Assembly (NCBI GenBank): GCA_002412495.1
Contig: DHVE01000053.1
Coordinates: 1,231-65,230 of the forward strand
Source: Betaproteobacteria bacterium UBA5216
GTDB lineage: Bacteria; Pseudomonadota; Gammaproteobacteria; Burkholderiales; SG8-41
Direction: 5' to 3'
DNA length: 64,000 nt
Of this stretch, positions 37,422 through 48,043 are shown one piece after another; positions within the stretch are counted from its first letter, which is position 1; every line of letters starts with the position of its first letter. The position numbers and the translations under genes are program-made. Below the pieces are notes generated by a model. The model had not been told where the DNA came from, did no database searches, and saw only the letters and a program-made list of their open reading frames with translations.

Positions 37422-40223
37422 TTACTTGCATTCATGCAATGTCGTCTGCTCCGTCAGCGGAATCGAGAGTGTCACCACGGTGCCCTCCCCTGCAGCACTC
37501 CAGACTCTCGCGCTGCCCCCGATATAACTGATGCGCTCGCGCACACTGACCAGTCCCAGCCCGCTCCCCGGAATCCGGGTATCGAACCCAATCCCCTCGT
37601 CGCTTACGGTAACGACTATCGCATCATCAGCACGTTGCGTATCCACATGCGCGCGTTTCACTCCGGCGTGCCGTACCACGTTGATCAGCAATTCTCGTAT
37701 CAGCCGAAACGTAATGGATTGACTCAATTCTGGAAGCGGCTTGGCCTCGCCATCATCACTCACGCCCACGCGCAACCCGTACTGCCGGAACATTTCATCC
37801 GCCAGCCAATCCAGCGCGGGCGACAGGCCCAGTTGCCGCAACACCGGCGGACTGAGATCGAATTCCATGGAACGGATAGCGGCATTCGTGTCATCAATGA
37901 TGCGGGTGATTTCACGCAAACGATCATGCACTTGGCTGGCTTTACCATCCTCAAGGGTCGATGTCAATTTGATCCGCGCCAAATTAAGCAATTGCCCGAT
38001 CCCATCATGCAAGTCGTGAGCGATGCGGGTGCGTTCGGCTTCGAGCAGTTCCGCTTGGCGTGCGGACAACTGGCGCAACTTGTCGTTGGAATCGCGCAAT
38101 GCCTGTTGCGCGATGACGCGGTCGTTGATATCGCGGCACACGGCCTGATGGTAGGCAACACGATTGTTCCTTATAAAGGCATTCACATGCTGACCGACCC
38201 ATACCACCCTGCCGTCCTTGCCGATCGCCGGAAACTCGCGATAGGTGCGCGGTGTCCGCGCTCTGAAATGCTCGCGATAAAACGAATCAACCTCCGCGCG
38301 ATAATCAGGATGAACAAAATCGAGATAACAGCGTCCCAGCAACTCATCGCTGCGGTAACCGAGCATCCCCGCCGCGACATCCGTATTGACATAAGTGAAA
38401 TACCCCGACGGATTGGTCCGATAAATCAGATCACTCGCCTGTTCCACCAGCTCGCGATATTGCTCTTCGCGCTCCCGCAATTTTTCCAGTTCCGCGAGCT
38501 TGCGGGCCGATATGTCCCGCGAGATGGTCAATAAACTAATTACCTTCCCGGAGGCATCCAGTATGGGCGTCACCTCCGCCTCACGCCATGTGCCGGGATC
38601 CACATAGGCATTGCGCTCGAACACCATTGCACGGCCCGCCGAAATGACCTGCTTCTCCTGAGCGTCAATTCGCACCGCGACCTCTTGCGGACGAAGCTCA
38701 AAGACGGTTCTTCCGATGATTTTTTCTTCGGGGAGCCCCATTTGCATTTGCGCGGCACGATTCAGCATCAGAAAGCGGCCCTGCGTATCCTTCAGGCGAA
38801 CTTCCTCCGGCATCGCATCGAGCAAGGTGCGGAAACGTTGCTCCGATTCGCGCAGCGCGATTTCCGTTTCCTTACGCTCGGTGATGTCCTGATGCATGGC
38901 CACCAGACGCGCTGCCTTGCCGTCCTGGCCCGCGAACATCACCTGAAACGACTCAACATGCCGCACGACCCCGTCCGTGCGCACCATTCGATACTGTACG
39001 GTATGCCCCTCCAGGGTTTCGAGTGAACGGTTGCGCACCGCAAGAAAATGCGCCCTGTCGTCCGGATGCACCTGATCCTTATAGAAGGGATACCTGCCGC
39101 TCTCCGGCAAGGGCCCACGCAGCCACTCGGGCGAATCGCTAAAGGTGAGTTCATCGCGCTGAACATCCCAGTCGATGACGATGATTTTCGCGGCCGCGCG
39201 CGCGACACGAAACCGTTCCTCGTTTTCACGCAGCTTTTGCTCGCTCGCGCGCAGCGCCGCGGTGCGCGCGGTCACCTGCGCATCGAGTTCCGCATGGGCG
39301 CGCCGCAATTCATCCACCACCCGTTGCCGGTGGCGGTTAATGGCCACGAGCAACAACGCGCCCGCGCTCGCCAGCACCAGAAAAGTCTGCACCAGCAACG
39401 CGCTTTCTTCACGTGTTCGTCCCGCCGCGGAATAGGGGCCCAGCTCGAGGGCCGTGAAGTGCAGCGCCATCATGGCCACCACGGTGACTGTCACCACCGT
39501 CCCGGGCAATCCGAACCGCAAAACCGCCCACAACACGGGTGGCAGCAGCAGGAAGACCAGCGGCAGGTTCGTATGAAAGATGAAATACGTCGACGCCAGT
39601 AGCAACGCCATCAACACGACCGCCTCCAGACAGCGCTGCATCGCCACGCGGCCCTGCGTGACGCGACGCTGCGCGAGCATCAGCACTGGCGGGGACACGA
39701 GCAGGCCACCGAGACTATATGAAGTCCAGTCCAGCAGCAGCTCGAATGCGGACACCGGCTTGGCTTCGAAAACGTGCAAAATCCACTCTACGATGGCGCT
39801 TATCGCCGCCCCTGGCAGTACGGTCAGTACGACCAAAGCAAACATGCCACGAGGCGCGTCGAAACGGTACGGGGAATCACTGACCCGGCGAATCAACCAT
39901 GCCGCGCATAGCATGCCTGAAATGTGTCCCGCCGTATCGAACAGCGCATGCGTGACAGTGTCGTGGCAGATCCATATTTCGGCAGCAAACCCCGCGCACA
40001 AAGCGACTATCGTCCATCGCGGCCAGCACCGCGGCTCGCTCAACAGCAACAAGGCTAGATAAATTCCGCTGGAAAATGCGCCACCGACGCCGTGACCTTG
40101 CGCCAGCTTCAAATAATCCCCCAGCGCCGCGGTCGCAAGACTTGCCACCGCGAAGAAACACAATCGGCTGGCGCCGCACGTCACGGCAAACCATTCCCGC
40201 GTATCACGGCATCCGCGGCCCAC
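37422..40223 (-). CDS. Sensor histidine kinase (MASE1-like membrane domain, multiple PAS, HisKA_3, HATPase)
   Basis: 933 aa. Polytopic N-terminus and about 3 PAS-like modules. H-box AHDLHDGIGQLL and G2 GSGLGLVSVRER. The GTG start at 40223 overlaps the upstream gene by 43 nt. An alternative GTG at 40184 gives a GTGA overlap. Confidence 0.85.
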   Translation of the reverse strand: MGRGCRDTREWFAVTCGASRLCFFAVASLATAALGDYLKLAQGHGVGGAFSSGIYLALLLLSEPRCWPRWTIVALCAGFAAEIWICHDTVTHALFDTAGHISGMLCAAWLIRRVSDSPYRFDAPRGMFALVVLTVLPGAAISAIVEWILHVFEAKPVSAFELLLDWTSYSLGGLLVSPPVLMLAQRRVTQGRVAMQRCLEAVVLMALLLASTYFIFHTNLPLVFLLLPPVLWAVLRFGLPGTVVTVTVVAMMALHFTALELGPYSAAGRTREESALLVQTFLVLASAGALLLVAINRHRQRVVDELRRAHAELDAQVTARTAALRASEQKLRENEERFRVARAAAKIIVIDWDVQRDELTFSDSPEWLRGPLPESGRYPFYKDQVHPDDRAHFLAVRNRSLETLEGHTVQYRMVRTDGVVRHVESFQVMFAGQDGKAARLVAMHQDITERKETEIALRESEQRFRTLLDAMPEEVRLKDTQGRFLMLNRAAQMQMGLPEEKIIGRTVFELRPQEVAVRIDAQEKQVISAGRAMVFERNAYVDPGTWREAEVTPILDASGKVISLLTISRDISARKLAELEKLREREEQYRELVEQASDLIYRTNPSGYFTYVNTDVAAGMLGYRSDELLGRCYLDFVHPDYRAEVDSFYREHFRARTPRTYREFPAIGKDGRVVWVGQHVNAFIRNNRVAYHQAVCRDINDRVIAQQALRDSNDKLRQLSARQAELLEAERTRIAHDLHDGIGQLLNLARIKLTSTLEDGKASQVHDRLREITRIIDDTNAAIRSMEFDLSPPVLRQLGLSPALDWLADEMFRQYGLRVGVSDDGEAKPLPELSQSITFRLIRELLINVVRHAGVKRAHVDTQRADDAIVVTVSDEGIGFDTRIPGSGLGLVSVRERISYIGGSARVWSAAGEGTVVTLSIPLTEQTTLHECK

Positions 40224-42274
40224 GCGCCGTCAACACCGGCGATCAGCGGGTTGATCTCCACTTCCGACAATTGATCCGCGTGCTCTGCCATCAGCCAAGA
40301 CAACCGGCTCACGGCATTTGCGAGCGCAACTATGTCACAGGCTGGCTGGCCCCGAAAACCTTGCAGGATGCGCGCGGCCTTGAGACCAAGAAGCATTTCG
40401 CGCGCAGTATCCGTATCAATGGGTGCGTAACGGCGCGCCACGTCACTAAAAAGCTCGGCATTAATGCCTCCGAACCCCACCATCACCAACGGGCCGAACG
40501 ATGGATTATTCAGGGCGCCCACGATGAGTTCAACACCGCGCGCCATCTCTTCCACCAACCAGCCGCGTATGCGCGCATCGGGCTTGTACTCAGCAACGCG
40601 AGGCGCCATCTCTGCTAGGCATTGTTTTAGTTGAATCATATTTTCAATACCCACGTGCACTCCACCCGCTTCGGTTTTATGCGGCAAATCCGGACTGACG
40701 ACCTTAAGCACCACCGGAAACCGAAGATCACACGACGCGAACCCGGCTTCCGCTCCCGCCTCGATAAACAGCCGCTTGGGCGTCGCGATGCCATACGATT
40801 CAAGTAGCGCCTTACCCTGCAGCTCATCAACTTCATTATGCACGGGCGGCAGTTGTTTTGCGGTTGCAGAAGGCAACAAGTCCGGCCGTGCTCTCGCACG
40901 TTCACACTTGCGCGCGAAAGTATTCAGCGCGCTCGCCGCATAAACCAAACGCCCCGGCGCCTCGTAACACGGCACGCCGGCTGCCTCTACACCCGGCATC
41001 CAGGCGGCTGATTCACGCACGGTGCCCGTCAGGCTAATGAGAACCGGCTTGTCGCTGGCATTCACCGCAGCCACGAAATGTTCCGCCCACACCGGCGCAT
41101 CGCGCCCCGGATAAGAGCGCAGAATCAGCATGTCCACGTTCGGGTCATCGAGCACGGCCTGCGTGGCCGCGCTGAACTCCACTTCTTTTTGCGCAATGGC
41201 GGCGGTGACGTCGATCGGATTCGCGGTTGAAGCAAAATCGGGCACCACGGGTTCAAGGGCTGCAAGTGTTGCTGCCGACATCGCCGGCAAAATCAGGCCG
41301 GAACGCTCGCAGGCATCGGACAGCAATACACCAGCGCCGCCACTGGTGGTGACAATCGCCACGCGATTGCCGCGCGGCCGCTTGCTGGAACGGAATACGC
41401 GCGCGGCATCAATCAGATCGTAAATCTCGCGTATCTCGATAAATCCGCCTTCGCGAAAGGCATCGCGATACCAGTCGTAATCCTCGGTGAGATTCGCGGT
41501 ATGCGACACGGCGGCGCGGCTGCCGGCCCGTGTGTTGCCCACCTTCCATACCGCGATGGGCTTGCCGATTTCGAGGGCACGCCGACCCAGCGCGCGCAAG
41601 CGCCGCCCGTTGCCGATGCCTTCCATATAAACGGCAATCAGCCGCGTCGCCTCGTCTTCCAGAAAATGCTCAATAAAATCGAGCGTATCGAGACTGCTTT
41701 CGTTGCCGGTGGAAACCATATGGTCAAAGCCGATGCCCGCCTCTTCGCAATAGGTCATGATCGAGTAGGCAAATCCACCGCTTTGCGAAATCATGGCCAC
41801 CGGCCCGCCGCGCCAATCGTGTTTGCGAAATGCCGCGCCGAATCCGGCGAATACCCGGGCGCGCAAATTCATCATGCCGATGCAGTTCGGTCCAACCGCG
41901 CGCACGCCGGACAATTTCAGCGCCGCCTGCAAACGCGCTTCGAGCGCGGCACCCCGCTCACCGATTTCACGAAAACCGGCACTCAATATCAATGCATACG
42001 GAATGCCCTTCCTGCCGCAGGCCTCGATGGCGCTCGGCACGTCAATGGCCGGCACGGCAATCACCGCCAGGTCACAGGCTTGCGGCAAGGCATCCACGCT
42101 GGCGTAACACGGCCGGCCATCGATTTCGGTATAGCGCGGATTGACCGCGAACACCGCTCCCGTATAGCCCAGATGCGTGAGCGAATAGAGTGGTTGCCCA
42201 CCCGCGCGGCGGGAATCTTGCGTGGCGCCTACAATCGCGACCGAGCGCGGATCAAACAAAGAGTGAAGTGACAT
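40181..42274 (-). CDS. Acetate--CoA ligase family protein (ADP-forming acyl-CoA synthetase: CoA-binding plus ATP-grasp)
   Basis: 697 aa. N-terminal CoA-binding pattern (FDPRSVAIVGATQDSRRAGG) and a C-terminal ATP-grasp-like region. Confidence 0.8.
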   Translation of the reverse strand: MSLHSLFDPRSVAIVGATQDSRRAGGQPLYSLTHLGYTGAVFAVNPRYTEIDGRPCYASVDALPQACDLAVIAVPAIDVPSAIEACGRKGIPYALILSAGFREIGERGAALEARLQAALKLSGVRAVGPNCIGMMNLRARVFAGFGAAFRKHDWRGGPVAMISQSGGFAYSIMTYCEEAGIGFDHMVSTGNESSLDTLDFIEHFLEDEATRLIAVYMEGIGNGRRLRALGRRALEIGKPIAVWKVGNTRAGSRAAVSHTANLTEDYDWYRDAFREGGFIEIREIYDLIDAARVFRSSKRPRGNRVAIVTTSGGAGVLLSDACERSGLILPAMSAATLAALEPVVPDFASTANPIDVTAAIAQKEVEFSAATQAVLDDPNVDMLILRSYPGRDAPVWAEHFVAAVNASDKPVLISLTGTVRESAAWMPGVEAAGVPCYEAPGRLVYAASALNTFARKCERARARPDLLPSATAKQLPPVHNEVDELQGKALLESYGIATPKRLFIEAGAEAGFASCDLRFPVVLKVVSPDLPHKTEAGGVHVGIENMIQLKQCLAEMAPRVAEYKPDARIRGWLVEEMARGVELIVGALNNPSFGPLVMVGFGGINAELFSDVARRYAPIDTDTAREMLLGLKAARILQGFRGQPACDIVALANAVSRLSWLMAEHADQLSEVEINPLIAGVDGAWAADAVIRGNGLP

Positions 42275-42301
42275 AACTATATGTTTTTATTAATATTTTA
42301 T

Positions 42302-43288
42302 CTAATCGAGTTTTAGGCTAATTTCTCTGCCCACCTTGCCCCACTTGGCGATCTCCGCGCGCAGCATGGCGGAAAACTCCGCCGAAGAACCTGGCGCGGC
42401 CTCGACCCCCTCCGCGCTGAATCGCTCGCGGTTGGAATTCCTCGACATCACCTTTGCAACCTCCGCATTGAGCCGTTCAATCACGCCGCCCGGCGTTTTC
42501 GCAGGCACCATCAATCCCCACCAGTTAAGCACCTCGTAACCGGGAATGGTTTCCGCGATGGTGGGCACGTCGGGCAGCGCTACCGACCGCTTAGAGGTTG
42601 TCATCGCAATCGCGCGCAAACGCCCCGTGCTGGTGTGCGGCTTGGCGACGATCACACTGGTCTGCATCAGTTGCACGTGGCCGCCAACCAGATCCGTCAA
42701 TGCCGGCGCAGCGCCCTTGTACGGCACGTGCGTCATGCGCACGCCGGAAAATCGCAGCAGTTCCATGCCCATGTGCGTGGGACTGCCCTGCCCCGATGAC
42801 GCGTAAATCAATTGTCCCGGCTGGCTCTTGGCCAGCGCGATCAAGTCCTTGACGCTGCGAACCGGCAGCGACGGATGCGTAATCAGCATCAGCGGCGTGA
42901 CGGCGATCAGGCCCACCGCCGCGAAATCACTGATCGAATCGTAGGGCAGCTTGCGCACGCCTCCGTTGATCGTGTACGACGGCGTATTCACCAGCAACGT
43001 ATGGCCGTCTGGCGGCGCACGCGCGACGATTTCCGTGCCTAGCACGGTACCCGCGCCACCGCGATTATCCACAAACACGTTTTGTCCAAAAATTTCCGTC
43101 AATTCGGCCGCCAGCGTGCGTGCAATAATGTCGGATGCGCCGCCTGCGCTGAACGGCACCACGATGCGCACCGGCTTCTGCGGAAACGATTGCGCCATGC
43201 CCGGACTGACCGAGACCATCCCTATCCCAATCCCCACACTGGCCCAGGCCAGCACGTGCCCCATTGCCCGCGGCCGATTCTTATTCAT
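42302..43288 (-). CDS. Bug family (TctC-like) substrate-binding protein
   Basis: 328 aa. Signal peptide, then SFPQKPVRIVVPFSAGG. Confidence 0.85.
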   Translation of the reverse strand: MNKNRPRAMGHVLAWASVGIGIGMVSVSPGMAQSFPQKPVRIVVPFSAGGASDIIARTLAAELTEIFGQNVFVDNRGGAGTVLGTEIVARAPPDGHTLLVNTPSYTINGGVRKLPYDSISDFAAVGLIAVTPLMLITHPSLPVRSVKDLIALAKSQPGQLIYASSGQGSPTHMGMELLRFSGVRMTHVPYKGAAPALTDLVGGHVQLMQTSVIVAKPHTSTGRLRAIAMTTSKRSVALPDVPTIAETIPGYEVLNWWGLMVPAKTPGGVIERLNAEVAKVMSRNSNRERFSAEGVEAAPGSSAEFSAMLRAEIAKWGKVGREISLKLD

Positions 43289-43291
43289 CGC

Positions 43292-44284
43292 TTACTCACC
43301 TTTGATTCCCGCTGCCTTCACCACGCGTGCCCATTTCGCACGTTCCGCCGCAATAATATTTGCAAATTCGTCGGGACCACGGCTCACCACGGAGCCACCA
43401 TCCCCCGCAAACCGCTTCGCAATATCCGGCACGGCAACCACGCGGGAAATTTCCGCATGCAATTTATTCACGATGGCCGGCGGCGTTCCCGCCGGCACCA
43501 ACACACCGTACCACGGACTGACATCATAGCCCGCAACGGTTTCGGCGATCGCCGGTATATCCGGCAACGTAGGCGCACGCTTGGGCGTGGTAACAGCAAT
43601 CCCGCGTAACCGGCCCGCCTTGACATACTGCATTACCGACACCGTGCTGGTAAACGTCATCGCCACCTGTCCGGCGATTAAATCGCTGGTCGCGGGGCCG
43701 GCGCCTTTATAGGGCACGTGAACCAAATCGATGCCCGCAAGCACATTCATCAGAGCGCCCGCCATATGCGCCACGCCCCCGGTGCCTGACGACGCATAAG
43801 TCAGCGCGGCCGCGGGTCGTTTCGCCAAGGCGATCAGTTCGCGCACGGTCTGAATGCCGGTGGACGGATGTAATGTCAGCAACAAGGGCGCGGCTACCGT
43901 CAGATTCACCGGCTGAAAGTGCCGTTCCGCGTCATAAGGCAATTTGCGGTAGATCGAAGGATTGATGGTCAGTATGCTGGTGTTACCCAGGAACAACACA
44001 TGACCATCGGCGGGCGACTTGGCAACCAGTTCCGCACCGATAGCGCCATTGGCGCCCGCGCGGTTTTCGACCACCACTGGCTGCCCCCAGCTCTCGGTGA
44101 ATTTTTGCGCCAGCACGCGCGCGAGCACATCGGTTGGCCCGCCCGGTGAATACGGCACGATGAAACGAATGGTTCTTGAAGGATAATTATCGGCGATTGA
44201 TTTTTCCTGCGCATGGACAACCACCCCGCCCAACAGACAGGACGCAACGCAACCAGCGCGCGGAATGAGGTTCAGTATGTGCAT
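43292..44284 (-). CDS. Bug family (TctC-like) substrate-binding protein
   Basis: The track ORF extends to 44563, across the upstream gene. I prefer the ATG at 44284 (MHILNLIPRAGCVASCLLGGVVVHAQ, signal peptide), followed by NYPSRTIRFIVPYSPGG. Confidence 0.85.
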   Translation of the reverse strand: MHILNLIPRAGCVASCLLGGVVVHAQEKSIADNYPSRTIRFIVPYSPGGPTDVLARVLAQKFTESWGQPVVVENRAGANGAIGAELVAKSPADGHVLFLGNTSILTINPSIYRKLPYDAERHFQPVNLTVAAPLLLTLHPSTGIQTVRELIALAKRPAAALTYASSGTGGVAHMAGALMNVLAGIDLVHVPYKGAGPATSDLIAGQVAMTFTSTVSVMQYVKAGRLRGIAVTTPKRAPTLPDIPAIAETVAGYDVSPWYGVLVPAGTPPAIVNKLHAEISRVVAVPDIAKRFAGDGGSVVSRGPDEFANIIAAERAKWARVVKAAGIKGE

Positions 44285-44291
44285 ATAGGCA

Positions 44292-45911
44292 TTATAAAGA
44301 CAGCGCTTGCGCCATTTCACGCAGCTTGTTTTTTTGAATCTTCGGCGCGTTGGCGCCGGCGGTGGTGGGAAACGCATCCAGCCGCACGATGCGAGCCGGC
44401 ATCTTGTAGCGCGCGAGCTGCTCCCCGCATGCCCGCTGCAATTGGGCTTCGTCAAATTCGCCCTCCACCCGCACGAACGCCACGGCGCGCTGGCCGCGTT
44501 CGGAAGGAACACCCACCACCTGACATTGCGCCACGCCCGCGCAGCCCAGCAATACCGCTTCAATTTCCGCAGGACTCACCATGAATCCGGAAAGCTTGAG
44601 CACGTCGCCGATGCGCGCTTCATGCACGAAACTGCCGTCGTCCCGCGTGTAGCCGCAATCGCCCGTGCGCACGTAACCGTCGTCCGTGATGGCACGCGCC
44701 GTCGCCGCCGCGTCGCCAAAATAAGCATGCATCCGGCTCGGCGCACGCACCTGGATTTCTCCCTTTTCACCATGTGGCAAAATGCGGCCGGATTCAATGT
44801 CCGCCGCCCGCACGTGCGCCTGACTCGACATCGGAAACCCGCCCGCCTCCAGCCAGCGGCTGGTTCCAGCATCCGCGCGCTGCAGTGAAAATCGCGCCTG
44901 CAATTCACTGGATCCATAGATGGAGCGCACAGGTATGCCGGACTGGATGGCCCGTTCATATACACCCGCGATACCCGATCCGCAATTGACGCCGCACAGG
45001 CTCGACACATCGTCGTGTTCATTCATCGCATCCAGCCACCGGCGAATGATTTCGTGATTCGCATGAATGTGCGTGACGCGGTGTTGCCGTATCTGATCAA
45101 GACTGCCACGCGCGTCAAACGCTGGCGCAATCACACAGGGCGCGCGGGCGGCAATGGCGGCAACGGGCATGCCGAACCCGGAAACCCCGCACAGCGGCGT
45201 CACAGCCTTGATCACCGAGCCCGGCGCGTCGTACCCCAGCGCGCGCGCGGTATCCATGGCATGTTGCGTGATCGAGCGCTGCGTATGCAACACCAGCTTG
45301 GGCGTGCTCGTGGTGCCAGAGGTGGTAAACATCACACAGTAGTCGTCCGCCCGGCCCACCGCGCGCGCATCGCCGCCTTTGACCGGCAACTGGTGACTGG
45401 GCGTAACGGGCAGGCCGCACACGTTTTGCGGCAACTCATCGCCTTCCGTATACCCCACGATATGCCGCAGATCGCGCAGGCATACGGTATCGACGCGCCG
45501 CAAAATCCCCGTGAAATCAATGCCGCGAAATCCAGGCCAGTACACCAGCATCCTCGCGCCTGAGCGGCCGAGAATATCGCCCAATTCCCGCGACTTGAAG
45601 CGCGTATTAAGTGCGACCACCGGTGCGCCGATGCGGGCACACGCAAATAGCAGTTCCACCCATAGCGGCACGTTGGGCAACCAGATGGCCACGCGATCAC
45701 CATGCTGGATGCCACGCGCCTGCAAGCCCGCCGCAAGCGCCGTGCTCGCCGCCCGCAATTGCGTAGAGGTGATGTGACGCGTACCGTGGATCAGCGCCGT
45801 TGCCTGTGGGTGCGTCTTGGCGGCTGCCTCAAGCAGTGCCCACAACGGGATTCCACCGCTATTCGCGGCACAAGACGATGAATGGGTAAATTCTGGCATA
45901 ACGTGGGCCAT
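44292..45911 (-). CDS. AMP-dependent synthetase/ligase (acyl-CoA synthetase family)
   Basis: 539 aa. AMP-binding motif MFTTSGTTSTPKLV and the YVRTGDCGY block. Confidence 0.85.
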   Translation of the reverse strand: MAHVMPEFTHSSSCAANSGGIPLWALLEAAAKTHPQATALIHGTRHITSTQLRAASTALAAGLQARGIQHGDRVAIWLPNVPLWVELLFACARIGAPVVALNTRFKSRELGDILGRSGARMLVYWPGFRGIDFTGILRRVDTVCLRDLRHIVGYTEGDELPQNVCGLPVTPSHQLPVKGGDARAVGRADDYCVMFTTSGTTSTPKLVLHTQRSITQHAMDTARALGYDAPGSVIKAVTPLCGVSGFGMPVAAIAARAPCVIAPAFDARGSLDQIRQHRVTHIHANHEIIRRWLDAMNEHDDVSSLCGVNCGSGIAGVYERAIQSGIPVRSIYGSSELQARFSLQRADAGTSRWLEAGGFPMSSQAHVRAADIESGRILPHGEKGEIQVRAPSRMHAYFGDAAATARAITDDGYVRTGDCGYTRDDGSFVHEARIGDVLKLSGFMVSPAEIEAVLLGCAGVAQCQVVGVPSERGQRAVAFVRVEGEFDEAQLQRACGEQLARYKMPARIVRLDAFPTTAGANAPKIQKNKLREMAQALSL

Positions 45912-46021
45912 AGTTTAAACGCCCACGTGGCCAACGCAACCTGCACGCATCAGGCAAGGTTGCCGCTTACGCCATTTGATCCGGCCGGTGATCTTCTGAA
46001 ATCGGCCGTACGCCCCGCGTC

Positions 46022-47038
46022 CTACTCTTCGCGGATGCCGGCGCTCCGAATGACTTTGCCAAGGATCGAAATATCTCTTGCGATATTGTCCGCAAATTCC
46101 CGTGGCGTGCCGGCGACCACATCCACGCCGGAGCCGGCCAGCCGTTCACGCGCTTCGGGCTTCATCAGCACGTTGCGGATTTCCGCATTCAGTTGATCGA
46201 CAATGGCCTTCGGCGTGCGCGCCGGCGCGAACAAACCCGAGAACGTGACGGACTCATAACCGGGCACACCAGAGGCCGCTATGGTCGGCAGATCGGGAAA
46301 TGCGGGTGAAGGCTTGGCCATGGTAACCGCCAAACCCCGCAACTTGCCCGATTTGATGTGTGGTGCCACCGACGACGCAACCGCGAACATCATCTGTATC
46401 TGGCCGCCGAACACGTCATTCAGCGCGGTACCCGTGCCCCGATACGGAACGCGCACGATGTTCACGCCTGCCATGTATTTGAACAGCTCGGCGGACATGT
46501 GCGTGGCCGTGCCCAGCGCAGCGGATCCGTAATTGATTTTGCCCGGCGCGGCCTTCGCCAGCGCGATGAGTTCCTGCACGGATTTCGCCGGAACGCCGGG
46601 GTACACCACCAGCACCGCCGGTGTGCTGATGGCCTGTACGACCGGCGTGAAATCCTTGCCGGTATCGTACGGAACATCCTTGCGTATCAACGGCAGCAGC
46701 CAGAGCGTGCTGCCGTAATAGAGCAACGTATACCCGTCCGCCGGCGCGCGCGCCACGATATCGCCCGCGACCACGCCGCCGCCGCGGTTATCGACCACCA
46801 CGGTTTTCCCCCATGCCGCATTCAGGCCCTGCCCAATGATGCGGGACACAATATCGCTGCCCCCGCCGGCCTCGGCGGTCACGATGCGTATGGGCTTGAC
46901 GGGAAATTTCTGGGCTTGTGCCCACGCGACGTTGGCTGACATCACCATCAGCATTGCGCATCCGGCGGGGCCCAAGGCCCCCATGGACGCAACAGCGCCC
47001 CGTGCGCTTGGACGGCCTGCTCTCATCTCTTTACCCAT
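46022..47038 (-). CDS. Bug family (TctC-like) substrate-binding protein (tandem copy 3)
   Basis: 338 aa. KFPVKPIRIVTAEAGGG, DNRGGGVVAGDIVARAPADGYTLLYYGSTLWLLPL. Confidence 0.85.
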   Translation of the reverse strand: MGKEMRAGRPSARGAVASMGALGPAGCAMLMVMSANVAWAQAQKFPVKPIRIVTAEAGGGSDIVSRIIGQGLNAAWGKTVVVDNRGGGVVAGDIVARAPADGYTLLYYGSTLWLLPLIRKDVPYDTGKDFTPVVQAISTPAVLVVYPGVPAKSVQELIALAKAAPGKINYGSAALGTATHMSAELFKYMAGVNIVRVPYRGTGTALNDVFGGQIQMMFAVASSVAPHIKSGKLRGLAVTMAKPSPAFPDLPTIAASGVPGYESVTFSGLFAPARTPKAIVDQLNAEIRNVLMKPEARERLAGSGVDVVAGTPREFADNIARDISILGKVIRSAGIREE

Positions 47039-47046
47039 GGCACCTG

Positions 47047-48009
47047 TTATCTTTCCTGTATCCCGGCTTCGCGGATGACTTTCCCCATGCGGGCGACTTC
47101 GGCCTTGATGGCCGCCGCGAGTTCTTCGCGTGTGCTACCCACGGGTTCCGCGCCGATGCCTGCGAATCGGTCTCGCGTATCCGGGCGTGATAGTATGCGC
47201 ACCATTTCCTGCTGAAGTCGGGAAACGACGCCATCAGGGGTTTTGGCCGGCGCGAAAATACCGTGAAAGGATACAGCCTCGAAACCGGGGAGACCTGCCT
47301 CGGCAATCGTGGGCAAGTCCGGGTATGCAGCCATTCGTGTGCCGGTGGTAACGCCCAATGCACGCACGCGCCCCGCTTGGATATGCGGCTTGGCCGGTGC
47401 TGCGGTCGCAAACATGAGCTGAACCTCACCGCTCAGCACCGCATTCAACGCGGAAGGACTCCCGCGGTACGAGATGCGCACAATATTCACGTTCGCCATG
47501 GAATTAAACAACTCCCCGGCAAGGTGATTAATCGTCCCCGGTGCGGCAGTACTAAAGTTAATTTGACCAGGACGCGCGCGCGCCAATGCCACCAGATCTT
47601 TTACCGATTTTACTGGCAGCGACGGGTGAATAACCAGCATGTTTCCTGCTCGTCCAGCAAGCGTTACCGGCACAAAATCCCGCTGCGGATCGTACGGCAC
47701 CTGCTTGCGCATGAGCGGCAGCAACCATAAGGTATTGCCATAGAGCAGCAGCGTGTAACCGTCCGGCGCCGCACGCGCCACCACGTCGCCCGCGACCACC
47801 CCGCCACCGCGATTTTCAACGATCACCTGTTGCCCGAAGGCGCTGGTCAGTCCCACCGCGAGCAGCCGCGCGATAAAGTCACCGCCGCCCCCAGCCTCGG
47901 ATGCGACGATGCGCACCGTTTTCGACGGGAAATCCTGCGCAACCACCGCCGGCACATGGGACAACAACGCAAAAATCCCAGTCGTCACGAAAAGATTTAC
48001 AACATTCAT
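47047..48009 (-). CDS. Bug family (TctC-like) substrate-binding protein (tandem copy 2)
   Basis: The track ORF extends to 48279. I prefer the ATG at 48009 (MNVVNLFVTTGIFALLSHVPAVVAQ). ENRGGGVVAGDVVARAAPDGYTLLLYGNTLWLLPLMRKQVPYDP. Confidence 0.85.
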   Translation of the reverse strand: MNVVNLFVTTGIFALLSHVPAVVAQDFPSKTVRIVASEAGGGGDFIARLLAVGLTSAFGQQVIVENRGGGVVAGDVVARAAPDGYTLLLYGNTLWLLPLMRKQVPYDPQRDFVPVTLAGRAGNMLVIHPSLPVKSVKDLVALARARPGQINFSTAAPGTINHLAGELFNSMANVNIVRISYRGSPSALNAVLSGEVQLMFATAAPAKPHIQAGRVRALGVTTGTRMAAYPDLPTIAEAGLPGFEAVSFHGIFAPAKTPDGVVSRLQQEMVRILSRPDTRDRFAGIGAEPVGSTREELAAAIKAEVARMGKVIREAGIQER

Positions 48010-48043
48010 TCGGGAAAGTGGCGGCGTCACTGATAACCTTGCT

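Noticed and set aside
43292-44563. Long N-terminal extensions of several Bug and other ORFs in the track (43292..44563, 47047..48279, 48044..49126, 53048..54106, 62648..63703, 23223..24059, 50164..51150, 58740..59669, 61407..62690).
   Set aside because: The extensions overlap the upstream gene and are Arg/Cys/Trp-rich. They precede an internal start that yields a proper signal peptide or a family-typical N-terminus, often with an RBS or a start/stop overlap. I used the shorter models.
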